Shown piece by piece: positions 26,880 to 40,883 of a stretch of DNA of 64,000 nt. Source of the DNA: Octopus vulgaris. Lineage: Eukaryota. Every line of letters begins with the position of its first letter. Position 1 is the stretch's first letter. Where the stretch lies: the NCBI GenBank assembly GCA_951406725.2, contig OX597816.1, forward strand, positions 165,850,001 through 165,914,000, read 5' to 3'. Under the pieces are notes generated by a model. It was not told the origin of the DNA. It searched no databases and saw only the letters and a program-made list of their open reading frames with translations. Position numbers and translations under genes: made by a program.

Positions 26880-27202
26880 TCTCTGTTGTTTTTATGACAC
26901 TTAATGTTATATGCGTTGACTGGTCAATTAATTCTCTATCGTTTCAATATCTACCGAAGAGTGCTGCCAGAGGTAGTAAACAGAACATAGATGTTTAATG
27001 GGCAAGATTTTTATTTCGAAATGTAGACACACAAGCGTACGGATAACTGTGTGGCAAGAAACTTGCTTCAAATCACATGGTTCTGGGCTCAATCCTACTG
27101 TTTCAGATCTTTGGCAAGCGTCTTCTGCTATAATCCCGGGCTGAGCAAAGATTTGCGAGTATTTGATAGACGGAAACTGAAAGAATCGTTGTATATATAT
27201 AT

Positions 27203-27276
<74 letters not shown>

Positions 27277-27733
27277 GTGTGTGTGTGTCGTTGTGTGTGT
27301 GTATATATATATATATGCAGAGGCACTGATAGAATAAGTACTGAAGTTGATTTCTTCGACGTGCCTTAGCATAGCCACAGTCCAATGACTAACACAAGTA
27401 AACGAAAAAAGGTGGATATCCATGGGAAATATGTCTAAAGTTATTGTTTGATTAAATAAGGTAGCATAAAATTTGGGAATAAAAAAGTGTTGGCAGAAAA
27501 CAAAGATGAATTTGCGATAGCATGGACTAAAAGTTGTGGGTTTGTGTAGAATTTCGTTCAACAATTCTGTATAGAATCGATGACTTTTCGTAATTAACTA
27601 AAGAACATTAATTAGTTCCTTATTTTCATTTGATTTGTAAAACTTTGATGTGAAAATATTTGTTAAAATCGATTTTGTTATATTATGGGAGGGTCCTTAT
27701 ACCTATAATCAACACACGCACTGGTACGATTTT

Positions 27734-27816
27734 TCTTCTTCTTCTTCTTCTTCTTCTTCTTCTTCTTCTTCTTCTTCTTCTTCTTCTTCTTCTTCTTCTT
27801 CTTCTTCTTCTTCTTC

Positions 27817-27873
<57 letters not shown>
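27734..27873. repeat. Compound (TTC)n(ATT)n microsatellite
   Basis: Direct reading. Confidence 0.95.
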
Positions 27874-27874
<1 letters not shown>

Positions 27875-28015
27875 TCTAACTAGTTGTCCATTTAACAAAA
27901 AATTTAATTGATTGCTTGATTAATCGTTCGCGCAATCAATCAATCAATTAGTTAGGTTCGTGAGAGTCACCAATCAATGACATGCTCTCTTTATTTTAGG
28001 AAAAGCAAGAAGGAG

Positions 28016-28250
28016 TATGTATGTATGTATGTATGTATGTATGTATGTATGTATGTATGTATGTATGTATGTATGTATGTATGTATGTATGTATGTATGT
28101 ATGTATGTATGTATGTATGTATGTATGTATGTATGTATGTATGTATGTATGTATGTATGTATGTATGTATGTATGTATGTATGTATGTATGTATGTATGT
28201 ATGTGTGTGTGTATGTATGTATGTATGTATGTATGTATGTATGTATGTAT
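28016..28250. repeat. (TATG)n microsatellite abutting a minus-strand SINE-A head
   Basis: Direct reading. Confidence 0.95.
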
Positions 28251-29560
28251 TGGACTTCATTAAGTTTCCGACTACCAAAACCCCTCAGAACGCTTTAGTC
28301 GACACGGGGTTATGGTAGAAGACACTTGCAAAGTTACCACGCAACGGGATTGAACATAGAACTATGTGGTTGGGAAGTAAACTTCTTACCACGCAGCCAC
28401 GCCCATTGCAATAAGATTTGTAGAAAAAAAAACAAAGAAAGAAATGAAAAGAAACGGTTTCTTTATTGGCTGGAATCGAAATTCATTGTTTTTGCTAATC
28501 CCAGAAGAATATCTGATTTCTCTGGAATTAATGGGTTGAAACTTCCAGAATGTCGATGATTGTGTTCAGTGTTGTAATGCATTTATTGGAAATAAACAAC
28601 TGAAATAAATGTTTTCTACGAATTAAAATGACCTCGAATTCTTTTGAGAACGCGAAAATAAATTGATGCTTAACTAAATAAATATAGGAACGTACGATAG
28701 TGAAGGGTGATAAATCATTATACATAATCATAGGTTGAAATATCATGTAAACTGTGAAAAAATAAAAATATGATACGATTTATTACATTATTATCTGGAG
28801 ACTATAAACATGCTACACTTGTATAACGCTCTACTTACAGACGAAGAATATTTATTGCCAGCCTCGTTCTCATCCCGTTAATATCTAGCAAATATGCAGT
28901 GCATATTTTTATTACCTCCTCGGGGGTGGCCAAGAAAGATCTGGTATTATAATATTAGAAATTGAGTCAGAAATCAATTTATACAGTAAATATATAGTGT
29001 CTTTGAACTGCGATCATTGCTGAGAATCTTCTTACTTAAGGCTTTACTGAGAAATGCAATTTCATATAAAAGTCACGAAAGACATCTGTGGTAAAGCTGA
29101 AACATAGACAAAGAAATATTGGTTTCTAATTTTGGCACATGGCCAGCAATTTCGGGGGACGGGACTTAGTTGATTAGATTGATCACCAGTGCTCAACTAG
29201 TACTTATTTTATCGACCCGAAAGCATAAAAGGTAAAGTCGACCCCGGCGGCATTCGAACCCAGAACGTAAAGACGGGCGAGAACCGCTAAGCATTTGATC
29301 CGGTTTGCTAACTATTCGTTCGTCTTGAGACGGCTCCAGTAACACATTAGAGATTTTTTTTTATGTCAGGAGAAGTGATTGCTGGGCCCTCGTTCGAACC
29401 TTCTTCCTTTCTGGTGAGAAAAAAAAAAGGTAATGTTTGAACATCCACAAACATTCTCACACACAACACAAGCCTATTCCGAAAGACAGACCGAAAGAAG
29501 GAGAAAGCAAGGAAATAGGAAAAACAGAGGTAGAGAAAGTCAGAGAGACATCGACTACAG

Positions 29561-29836
29561 CCGTTGTTCCCAAAGTGGGCGGTGGAAAGATCTAGGTGGG
29601 GACGTTGAAGAAAAATGGGGTGATAATAGGGTGACCAAAATGGGGCAATGGATGTAAAAAAAATCAAACAAACAAAATGAAGGGTTAATCAGGTTAAGAT
29701 TTATTTGTGAAATACTGTTGTTTTGAATTTGCTACAGAAAACGGCCAATGTCTATGATGGTGGGTGGAGGTGGGGTGCTAGGAAAGTGGCCTTAGAATCA
29801 AGGAGGCGGCAGCTTGAAAATGTTTGGGAACCACTG
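29561..29836. mobile_element. hAT/Charlie-like MITE (old)
   Basis: ccgttgttcccaaa / tttgggaaccactg; TSD not preserved. Confidence 0.6.
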
Positions 29837-30429
29837 GACGCTAACTATTGCCGCCCTGCAATTGGTGAAATATTAAAACATTAAAACAAATTATATATTT
29901 CTTGAAGTTGCAGGAATCTGCAACCAGAAACCGAAGTGTCTCAGAATCAGTTTCCTCAAAGAGTATCACCTGGTGATTTCCTCTTAACAGGATGGTGAAT
30001 ATGTGAGTCGTTAGAGCATCGAATGAAAGCGCGTTGCTTAGTAACTAGGGTATTCGGTTCACGATCATAAGGTCGAGATTTCGATTCCCGGCGGTGCGTT
30101 GTGTCCCTGCGTAATACACTTTATTTCAACCTGCCCCAGTCCACTTGGCTGACAAAAATGAATGGTATCTGTAATTCAAAGGGTCTGCCGTCTCACATAC
30201 TCTGTCACGCTGAATCTCTCAGAGAATTACATTAAGGGTACGTATGTCTGTGGAGTACTCAGCCACTTGCACGTTAATTTCAGGTTGATCAGATCAACGG
30301 GAACCTCTGTTGTCGTAACTGAGTTCCGGTTTTGAGCGTCGGGTATAATGATCTGCGTTATTTGTTGCAGCGTTTTGATTTCAAATCCCGTCGACATTCC
30401 TTTCTATGACTTTTTTTGCGCCCTTTTAA

Positions 30430-30888
30430 AACCTAGCCAGGCTCATGGGCCCCGGTTTCCCGGTTTCTGTGGCGTATGTGTTCCGCAGCCTTACTCATTT
30501 TTGCCAGTTGAGTGGACTGGAGCAATGTGAAATGAAATGATTTGCTCAAGAAGACAACGCGTCGCCCGGTCCAGGAATCGAAACCACAATCTTACGATCA
30601 TGATACTGACACCCTAAACACTAAGACACGCGCCTCCACAAATGTTCCTTCTCGAGCCATGCCAGGCTCATAAGGGCCGGTTTCTCGGTTTCAGTGGCGT
30701 AGATATTCCCCACCTGGACGGGACGCCGGTCCATCGCAGCGTTACTCATTTTTGCCAGCTGAGTGGACTGGAGCAATGTGAAATGAAATGATTTGCTCAA
30801 GAACACAACGCGTCACCCGGTCCAGGAATCGAAACCACAATCTTACGATCATGGTGCTGACACCCTAACCACTAAGCCATGCGCCCCC
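30430..30888 (-). mobile_element. Two tandem SINE-C copies (third tail type)
   Basis: 30491-30637 nearly identical to 30742-30888; tails differ. Confidence 0.8.
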
Positions 30889-31726
30889 ACTTTTATGACT
30901 TTGGGGTTGATAAAATAAAATACAAGTCGCGTATTGTAGTCGAAGTCTCCCTGGCTTTCTTTTCTTCTGTTATTTTTTCTTTTTCTTTATTTCCTTTTTC
31001 TTTCGGTCTCTCTTTCAGAATTGGCTGTATTGTGCGTGAGAACGTTCGGGGAAATTCACTCATAACGTCTCTTTCACCAGAAAGTAAAAAGACCCGAACT
31101 AAGGCCCAGAAACAAATTCTCCTGACATGGACAAAAAAAAAAAAAACTCTGATGTGTTACTAAGAACCGTTCAAAGACGAACCAATGTGCATACCGTACA
31201 GACCGGAAACGGAAGTAACAGAGAAAGAAAAATTATTTATAGATACACGGGAAAGTAGTAATAATAATATTTTTATTTGTCGACCATCTGCTCATCGCCA
31301 CACACACACGAGAGTACACACACACATACACACACAGACAAACGCACAACAACACATACAACAAGCACATAGACACACACCTACACATACGCGCGTACAC
31401 ACCTTGCTATATAAACAGGATCTGTACCACTTGTAATGCCGATAGACGTATTTTGTACATGTTTTCCACAGCCTTATAACCGGATTATTGATTTTCTAAT
31501 TAAAGCCAACCGCACTGAATTCAATAGATTGTAACAGCTAATTTGAGATCCAGCATACCATTTTTTTTAAAGAAACTACCTATTCAATTTCGATTCTAAA
31601 CAGCCGCAGAATATCACCATATTGTACAAAAACTAAATTGGCATAAGGCTTTTAAGATTGCTCCGCATGAACCAAAGCTATTGAAAGAGTTATTCCAATA
31701 CACACATTCATATATATATATATATA

Positions 31727-32110
31727 CTCTTTTACTCTTTTACTCTTTTACTTGTTTCAGTCATTTGACTGCGGTCATGCTGGAGCAACGCCTTTAGTCG
31801 AGCAAATCGACCCCGGGACTCACTCTTTGTAAGCCCAGTACCCGCTCTATCGGTCTCCTCCGCCGAACCGCTAAGTGACGGGGACGTAAACACACCAGCA
31901 TCGGTTGTCAAGCAATGCTAGGGGGACAAACACAGACACACAAACACACACACATATATATATATATATATACATATATACGACAGGCTTCTTTCAGTTT
32001 CCATCAACCAAATCCACTCACTAAATCAGAAGACACTTAAGTTGATTAGTGATTGAACCCGTAACCATGTGGTTGGTTAGCTAAGGTATTTACCATCACA
32101 GCCACTCCTT
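31727..32110 (-). mobile_element. SINE family A with internal deletion
   Basis: (tactcttt)n tail and family consensus blocks. Confidence 0.85.
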
Positions 32111-32118
32111 TTATATAA

Positions 32119-32226
<108 letters not shown>

Positions 32227-32236
32227 ATTTAATGTA

Positions 32237-32465
32237 GGATAAAATTTTTTCGAAAAAAATGTTATCAATGGCCAGCATATAAAAAAATACCTTTAAAGGT
32301 TAAAATTATATACAACTTATAAGTAAGGGTAAACGAATAAATTTCTAATGCCAAATATGCCGTGCATATTGTGAAAAATTATATGGTTATGGACAATATG
32401 TCCAATTTCGGCATATTTGGCATTAGGAATTTTTTCGTTTGCCCTTATTTATAAGTTGTATATAT
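32237..32465. repeat. (TA)n-flanked element with fold-back (32307-32465)
   Basis: tatacaacttataagtaagggtaaacgaa...tgccaaatatgccg pairs with cggcatatttggca...ttataagttgtata. Confidence 0.78.
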
Positions 32466-32869
32466 ATAAATATATATATTGTTTTAACCTTCAAATGACG
32501 CCACCCCGCTGGTTAAGCGAACAGGCCAACAGAAGAGTGAGAGAATAAACAACAACATATATATATATATATGGATGGATGGATGGATGGATGGATGGAT
32601 GGATAGATAGATGGATGGATGGACGGACTGACCGACGGACGGATGGATGGATGGATAGATGTTTTCGATAGATAGATAGATAGATAGATGGTTGTATGTA
32701 TGTATAAACGTGATGCATGTATGTATCATTCTCTCTCTCTCTCTCTCTACACACACATATATGTATAACTTCATAAATATACATACACACATACACGCAC
32801 ACACACATACATATATATACATACATGCATACATATATACATACATACATACATACATACATACATACA

Positions 32870-32904
<35 letters not shown>

Positions 32905-33198
32905 GTATGTATGTACGCATATATGTATGTATGTATATTTGTTCCTAGTAGCTTTGTTTGCAATGTATAACGAGCTACTTTCTATCAATAATCCTGATGA
33001 CGTGTTGTTAAAGTTTGCAGATGTAACACGAACTATTGAGCTTTGTAAGCCGATACCTAATGAAAGTTTCTATAATTAGAAGCGAATATATATTTCTGTA
33101 TGGCAATTAATGTCAGAAGGTAAAAAATAAAATGAAAGAAATATGCATAATGTAAATATATATAGATACACATGCCTTAGGTGGGTAGGTGGGTGCAT

Positions 33199-33270
<72 letters not shown>

Positions 33271-33284
33271 CATACATACATACA

Positions 33285-33347
<63 letters not shown>

Positions 33348-33379
33348 TTTATTTTAAGCAGCAGAAAATTCAACAAAAT

Positions 33380-33417
33380 CTGTTACTCTGAGTTTCTCGT
33401 TGCCGTTCATCAGACAG
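33380..33417 (-). ncRNA. Type I hammerhead ribozyme of the PLE
   Basis: Minus strand: ctgt-CTGATGA-acggcaacga-GAAAC tcaga GTA-acag. Confidence 0.8.
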
Positions 33418-34423
33418 TTTTTGCTAGAATGGAACTTATATATTAATTCAATCTATACTCTTACAAACGCTACACCTTTAAAAAGAAATGGACTTGTTTG
33501 ATTGGCCCTTTAGAAAAAACGGTCAATCTTCGAGCGATAAACAAAAAGGTCAAAAATATATGTATATATATATAAAAAAACTTATAAAAATTATAAAATC
33601 CGAGGAAAAAACCGAGGAAAAAACCTATTGCCGTTAATGAAGACAGTACAAATTAATGCATAGAAATTAAACCTGTTATAAATACTGCAATACATATTTA
33701 TATTAAAATCCACATATATATATCAACATACACAAAAGGATGCGCGTAAACGCCATACATACATATACAGACGTATGAATATGAATCTAAATATACACAT
33801 AAAAGCATGTGTACATATATTCACGCAAACCGTCTCGCACGCAAGCTAAAATTCATCTATGTAGCAATTCTCATATACTGAGCAAGGAGGGGGAACGAAA
33901 GAAAGGGAAAGAGAGAAAAAGGAACGAAGGAGGGGTGGGGAAAAAACTTGTAACGATGTTATTGGCATCTATAGAGGCCAGTATACATACACAAGTTTGA
34001 ATTGATACATATACATACCGTCGTGTATATGTGTGCTTAAGCACAAGCATACTTTCACTTACACATACACAGATACGCATGCTTACAAATACATATGCTT
34101 TGCTATACACATACTTATATAAACATTCTAATTTTGACAACATTGCTTTTTTAAAAAAACATTGCTTTTAAAAAATGGGTGCATTAATAAAAATATATAC
34201 GAAAGACATATAAAATAAAATATAACATCCTATTTTGGGTCATTTATAAATAATCAAGGTAATATAAATAATCAAGGTAATCCTATGCAATACAATAACA
34301 TGAAAACAAAGTTTGTAGGTTTTTCCTAATATATATGTAGAAACAATAAGACTTTGCTATAGATCCGTCGTAGCGCTCAAGAGTCAAAATCAAAATCAAA
34401 AATCAAAATACAAAATATATACT

Positions 34424-35323
34424 CTATCCATATGGTATATTTATATTCGACATTTTAAATTTAGCCGCGTGCCTACATAAGTTCATTAACTCACTTCTTT
34501 GATTCAAAGAATTATTGTCTTTGAATAAGATGTGCATTTTCTCTAATAAGCAAAGTCTGCACTTGAAATTATATTTGTAAGCTCCATGTCTGTATGGTGC
34601 CGCCCTGTCCAGAATGCTCCATGTCACGTTGAAAGGAGGGGCTTCCTTTTCTTTTAGTTCCCAGACATATTTTGCTAGGCTGGTTTTCTTCCTATTCTCT
34701 GGGTATTTAAAAGAATTCTTATGAGAATAAAATCTTGTTTTAAATGAATTTTCTGAAGCCCCTGTGTATGTCTTGTATTCCGATGAGCCTTCCACTTGCA
34801 CCTTGGCTCTATAAACTACTCCTTTCACTAGACATTTCCCTTCTAACGGACAGGAGCTTTCGTTTTTGAAATTACATTTCTTAATGGGCTCGGCACCATG
34901 TCTAATCTCAATTAGCTTCCTATTATGTTGGCTAATGTAAGAGGCGAAATTTCTGCAACAAGAATAGCTAACCTTCAGGGTTCTTCTATTAAATATTCTG
35001 TAGAATTTATGACCCTGCTTAAAATGCTTAGAGACTAATCTCAAAAATTCCTTACCTATATTAGTCTTTACGGCCAAATTGAAAGCCGGGTTGAACCACA
35101 AAACTTTCCTGGTCCTAGTTCTTCGTGCAGCATTATTATTAGCATTAAGCTGGTTGAACTGGATCTTCTCCGAGAATCCACTATTCTTTAATGCGCTATC
35201 GTAATAAGGTGCAGCATTATGGAATGCTGCCTCGTCCGAAGAAATTGAAGATATTCTTCTACCTACATTGCTGACTAAGTTGCTAAGGATAACTGGTGGA
35301 TGGTTCGAATCTTTGCTAATATA
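34424..35323 (-). CDS. PLE polyprotein C-terminal fragment (RT thumb, Cys linker, GIY-YIG endonuclease), 299 aa, no start codon
   Basis: Open frame YISKDSNHPP...WFNPAF...CNFKNESSCPLEGKC..VVYRAKV..YTGASENSFKTRFYSH..CRLCLLEK..LNQRSE..CRH; extends the listed ORF upstream. Confidence 0.88.
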   Translation of the reverse strand, partial: YISKDSNHPPVILSNLVSNVGRRISSISSDEAAFHNAAPYYDSALKNSGFSEKIQFNQLNANNNAARRTRTRKVLWFNPAFNLAVKTNIGKEFLRLVSKHFKQGHKFYRIFNRRTLKVSYSCCRNFASYISQHNRKLIEIRHGAEPIKKCNFKNESSCPLEGKCLVKGVVYRAKVQVEGSSEYKTYTGASENSFKTRFYSHKNSFKYPENRKKTSLAKYVWELKEKEAPPFNVTWSILDRAAPYRHGAYKYNFKCRLCLLEKMHILFKDNNSLNQRSELMNLCRHAAKFKMSNINIPYG

Positions 35324-35544
35324 CGATAGCGCATTAAAGAATAGTGGATTCTCGGAGAAGATTTATGTGCATACATACATACACACAGACGTGTGCGCAC
35401 GTATGCATGTGTGTGTGTGCCTGTATGTCTGTGTTTGTCTCCGATCACCGCTTGACAACTGGTGTTGCAGTGTTTACGTCCCCGTAATCAGTAGTTTAAC
35501 ATAAGAGACCGATAGAATACACACACACACACATATATGTATAA

Positions 35545-35612
<68 letters not shown>

Positions 35613-35777
35613 CGCTCTTCTTCCAGTTTCTGTCTACCAAATCTACTCATAAGGTAGGTTTTAGTCAACCCCAGGCTATAGTGGAAGACACTTGCCTATG
35701 GTACCACGAAGTGGAACTGAACTTGGAACCTTGCGGTTAAAAAACAAGCTCTTTACTACACAGCCATGCCTACGCCT

Positions 35778-35853
<76 letters not shown>

Positions 35854-35857
<4 letters not shown>

Positions 35858-36497
35858 CAATTAAGGGTTTAGCAACGAATTGCCTCACCACACACCGAAA
35901 TAGCAGTCAAAGAGTTATAGCTATTCTTTCTACTAAAAGGAAATCTTAGTAAAATCACAGCACTTGAAAGGCAAACACAGACAGGTAAGAGAGAATGAAA
36001 TGACGGCAATCTATCATACAATTTTTAAGTTACCTACGGACGTACGTTTCGAAATCAAGTTTTAGGAAAGCATAAGAAATAGATAATTCTACCTTACCCA
36101 ACTTCTTTTCTCATCAGCGTAGGACACTACAATTATGAATAATTGTATATTAAATTTTGAGATACTAGAAGGCATCATCTCAACTCAGTATCAGAGCGAG
36201 CTAAAGCTATTACCAGTACCACCAAATTCAAAGTGTGAATGAAAGTTTGTGTCACCAGCCCCTTGCCACCCGCGTGTAGCCAAGACAAAATGCTGTGGTC
36301 ATTTACTGGGATGAAATATGGTTATCAGTAACAATAAAGGGTGAAATTAATTAATTTGGAATAATTATTAATTACACCAAGTAGATTTCGGCATGTAAAA
36401 GCCTCATTTGAGGAAAATTTAAGTAATACTAAGCAATTAAGGGTTTAGCAACGAATTGCAATTCGTTGCCGAAATCTACTTGGTGTAATTAATAATA
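35854..36497 (-). mobile_element. Retrozyme-like non-coding monomer with HHR
   Basis: 30-bp direct repeat at 35854-35883 and 36430-36459; short fold-backs at the right end; TA-rich tracts on both sides. Confidence 0.8.
36033..36123 (-). ncRNA. Type I hammerhead ribozyme with extended stem II
   Basis: Minus strand: cctacg-CTGATGA-gaaa...tttc-GAAAC gtac GTC-cgtagg; canonical core, GUC triplet, 6-bp stem I. Confidence 0.9.
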
Positions 36498-36520
36498 TAT
36501 ATATATATAATATATATATA

Positions 36521-36560
<40 letters not shown>

Positions 36561-37078
36561 ATATATATATATATATTTATGTGTATATATATATATATAT
36601 TTATGTATATATATATATATATATATATATGTTTGTGTGTGTGTATAATACAAATAGGAAACTAGAACTAAAAACATTAGTCTGATTAGTGCCAAGCACG
36701 AAACTCTCAGCCCGTGAGTCTCTCTGTAACATCCGTGCACACACACCCGCGCGCACGCACACACACACATATACATACACATGTAAAAATGTGTTGTTTA
36801 TGTGGATGCATGTGCGTGTATGTATAAATGTGCACGGGAATTGAAAATAGGAATCGAAAGAGAGGATCCTATCTCTGCCATAATATTCCTTCGCTAATGA
36901 TTTGGCCTTTTGCGCCAAATTAATGGTTTTTAGTCACGATATTCATATCAATGGTTTTATATTATTCTGAAGTGTTATTGGACAGCTGTGGATGAAACAC
37001 TTGGGGCAGTGAGCTTCTTGCTGTATGGAGGATGTGGAGAGGGACATATCGAAGAAAATCATGTCAGTCATCCACCTA

Positions 37079-37593
37079 CCGTAAATCCTCGAGTATAATC
37101 CGCAGTTTTTCCCCAAAATTTAAAGGTCAAAATCCATAGTGCGTATTATACACGAGGTTAGAAATGAAAATTATTTTCTAAGCAATGTCCGAAACTCTAT
37201 TTGCTGTCCGTTAATGTTTATTCAGACGCATTTTGTGATGTCGGGCGCGAAAATACGTTAAGCTAAGCCTGAAAGCAATGAAGTAATAAAAGAATCATCC
37301 ATAACTTGCAGTAAGCAACATTTATTAAACGTTATTACTGTTATTTATTTATTTTCTGCAAACAAAATGCACAAAAAAGCTACACGTTTGCATTATGTTA
37401 TATATACAATAATAATAAAGGACGGTATTACCGTATACAGTTTTACAAACCAAGGACGTTATATAGACCTCCTTCACTCAAGTTAGAGAAGGGGTGCATA
37501 TTATACACAAGGTTTAAGTTTTTCAGAGGTACAGCCCCCTAAAAATCCCCTGCGTATTATATTCAAGGGCGGACTATACTCGAGGATTTGCGG
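37079..37593. mobile_element. pogo/Tigger-like MITE
   Basis: TA|ccgtaaatcctcgagtataatccgc ... gcggactatactcgaggatttgcgg|TA; internal tgcgtattata repeats. Confidence 0.85.
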
Positions 37594-38094
37594 TACTTGT
37601 TTCTAACAAGGCACCTGGCTCAGTCGTTAAGGTATTTAGCATTCTATTCTTGAGCAAGAGATTTTTTTCAGGTTATTCCAGTCCACTCCGCTTTCAAAAA
37701 TGAGAAGTACTTGTATTTCAAAGAGCCAGCCTTGCTATATTCTGTGTCACGTATATGGTACGTGTGTCTGTGGAGTCCTCAGTCACTTGCAATTTCACGA
37801 CCAGGCCGTTAATCGGATCAACTGAAACCTGCATCGTCGTAACCGACGGAGTGCCAGTTTTGTTTACTGTCTATGTTGTTCCTGTACATGATTCGGCCAT
37901 AAATGTGTTCTACTCTTTTTGTATATATTATTTTTGCTTATTTTATACAAATAGACGCAGGAGTGGCTGTGCGATAAGACGCTTGCTTCCCAACCACATG
38001 GTTCCGGGTTCAATCCCACTGCATGGCACTTTGGACAAGTATCTTCTGCTATACCCTTCAATTTGGTGTAGACGGAGACTGGAAAAACCCCGTC

Positions 38095-38183
<89 letters not shown>

Positions 38184-38435
38184 CAAATATGAGAGAGAAT
38201 CCACTCACTCATATTTTTGTATTAATAATATTTACTGAATCTCAGTCTTTTTTGCGCTAGACCACTGGTGTTTAAATTGATGTTATTAAATTAATATCCA
38301 ATTTTTTCACCCTCATTTTGACTATATATGATTGATTCTAGTTTCAGCTCACGAGCTGTGGCCATGCTGGGGCACCGCCATTATATATATGTATGAATGT
38401 ATGTATGTATGTATATATGTATGCATATATGTATG

Positions 38436-38488
<53 letters not shown>

Positions 38489-39916
38489 TTGTATTATGTA
38501 TGTATTGTCACTCCGCCATCGCTTGGAACCGATGTTAGTGTGTTTACGTCCCCGAAACTTAACGGTTCGGCAAAAGAGACCGATAGAATTAGTACTTGGC
38601 TTACAAAGAATAAGTCTGGGGGTCAGTTTGTGCGACTAGAGGCATTGCTTCAGCATGGCCGCAGTCAAATGACTGAAACAAATAAAATAATATAAGAATA
38701 AAAAAGAAAGAAAGAAAGGAAAAAAGAAAACTAATCAAAATTCTGCTCTTTATTTTTCATAAGTCCCTTGGCAACCGGTGGTAAGGTTGGGTAGCCCTTC
38801 GTGCTGAAGACCCCTTTCAAGGCAGATACACAATTATCCTTTTATCTCTGGACAATGAACTAGCTCTTTTCCTAACGTCTTGTCAGCGTTAGAGAATCCT
38901 TGATTCACGAGCTTACCTCCCCTTATCATATGGAGTTGGTCTCAATTGTCATTTGGTAATAGTAAACCCTTCCTCCTGAAGCAGAAAATATTTCAATAAA
39001 TCAGAAATTTATACAGCAAAATATTTGATACACCTGTATTATTCAAATAGAAGCCGATGGCTCCACTCTGCTGTTTCCCTCGGCACGTTTTTGTTTACTT
39101 TATGCAAATATTACTAACCTTTTGGCTTGTATTCTATTATTAAATATATTCATTTTCATAGCTCATATTCTACCAACCACCACTAAGTCTGTAACTTATA
39201 AAGATTATAAAAATAAAACTCTATAAAAATTAACAGCGTTTTGAAATGTTAAAAAATACATAATTTTACACAGATTTTGTATTTAATTCAATTCAGATGA
39301 ATAAAAATATTTATAGTTATTTCAGGAATAACAAACTAAATCATAGAGATTGAGAAATTATCGTACTTGAATATCGACATGGATCTGTGATATATAAATA
39401 CGTGATATTCTCTAATGGAATAACAATATTTCATTTTGAGTTGTGATATCTTTTTCTCCGATTATCGATTTTTGATTTGATCTTGAACAATGTTCCGAGA
39501 GACGGATTCAAGACTATGTAGGTCACCTAGTTTTATACTTACACGTAGGTACACACACTCACGCTCACAGTCATACACACACACACACACACGCATACAT
39601 ACACATACACACATAAATACATGCAAGTATACATAGACATTCATATAAATAAACACGCATACATACACATAGAAACCCTCACAAATATAGGAAACCATAC
39701 ATTCACATAAACGCATAAAATAAACACACACACACACACATATACTGACACATAGATCCGTACAAATATGCACATTCATACACACACAAAAGCGCGAAGT
39801 CACTGACACACTCACACGCACAAACACATGCTAATATATATATACACAAAAACTCACATACATAAATGCACACGTACAAACACGTGAGCCAACACAAACA
39901 CATACATACACACAGG

Positions 39917-40040
39917 GTCGGGTTCAGTCCCACTGCGTGGCACCTTGGGCAAGTGTCTTCTACTATAGCCTCGGGCCGACCAAAGCCTTGTGAGTGGATT
40001 TGGTAGACGGAAACTGAAAGAAGCCCGTCGTATATATGTG

Positions 40041-40091
<51 letters not shown>

Positions 40092-40130
40092 AGAGAGAGA
40101 GAGAGAGAGAGAGATAGATAGATAGATAGA

Positions 40131-40180
<50 letters not shown>

Positions 40181-40395
40181 TGTCTGTGTCTGTGTTTGTT
40201 CCCCCCAACATCGTTTGACAACCGATGCTGGTGTGTTTAGGTCTCCGTAACTTAGCGGTTCGGCAAAAGAGACCAATAGAATAAGTCCTAGGCTTCCAAA
40301 GAATAAGTCCTGGGGTCGCTTTGCTCGACTAAAGGCGGTGCTCCAGCATGGCTGCACTCAAATGACTGAAACAAGTAAAAGAGTAAAAGAGTAAA
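39917..40395 (+). mobile_element. SINE family A lacking the A-box
   Basis: Family consensus with expanded TA/GA/GATA/TG internal tract. Confidence 0.85.
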
Positions 40396-40627
40396 AAAAA
40401 AAGATGATGCCGAAAATGCCTATGGTTTTTATACTTCCAAGGGCGATATAATATAATATCAATCCAGTTCTGGGATCATTAAAATTGACAAGTCCCTTCC
40501 TTAAAAGTTGCTGGTATTGTGTTTAAAATAGAAATGCAAAGGCAGCAAGCTGGCAAATTCGTTAGAGCATCGGAAAAAAAACTGCTTGCGATATTTGTTT
40601 CGCCTCTACATATCTGAATTTAATTAA

Positions 40628-40883
40628 GGTTATTTCCACAGAAATTATAGCCAGCACTAATTCTTTTTACTACAACGTTTCGTATCGAGACATCAGATGT
40701 AAACAAAAAATGAGATCAAAGACAATCCACCCCCACCCCATACCTACCCCCACCCCGAGATATGACGTATACACTTATTACCCATTTTTGTCTTCAATCT
40801 CATAGCTTGTTTACATCTGACGTCTCGATACGAAACGTTGTAGCAAAAGATCAGTCCTGGCTATACTTTCTGTACAAAAAACC
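40628..40883. mobile_element. TTAA-flanked MITE, probably Kolobok-type
   Basis: TTAA|GG...CC|TTAA; ~95-bp imperfect TIRs. Confidence 0.65.

Larger units (their letters stand above)
33347..35362 (-). mobile_element. 5'-truncated Naiad-type Penelope-like retroelement
   Basis: RT-thumb + GIY-YIG frame, ~1-kb AT-rich 3' region, HHR near the 3' end, terminates in (TA)n; 41-bp inverted segment at the 5' break. Confidence 0.85.

Noticed and set aside
31019-31083. Plus-strand exon after a long pyrimidine tract
   Set aside because: Weak donor (gtaaaa) and no recognisable peptide; the tract may be simple low complexity
34424-35323. Selenocysteine recoding reported for some Naiads
   Set aside because: No in-frame TGA in the retained frame, and no SECIS recognised by eye
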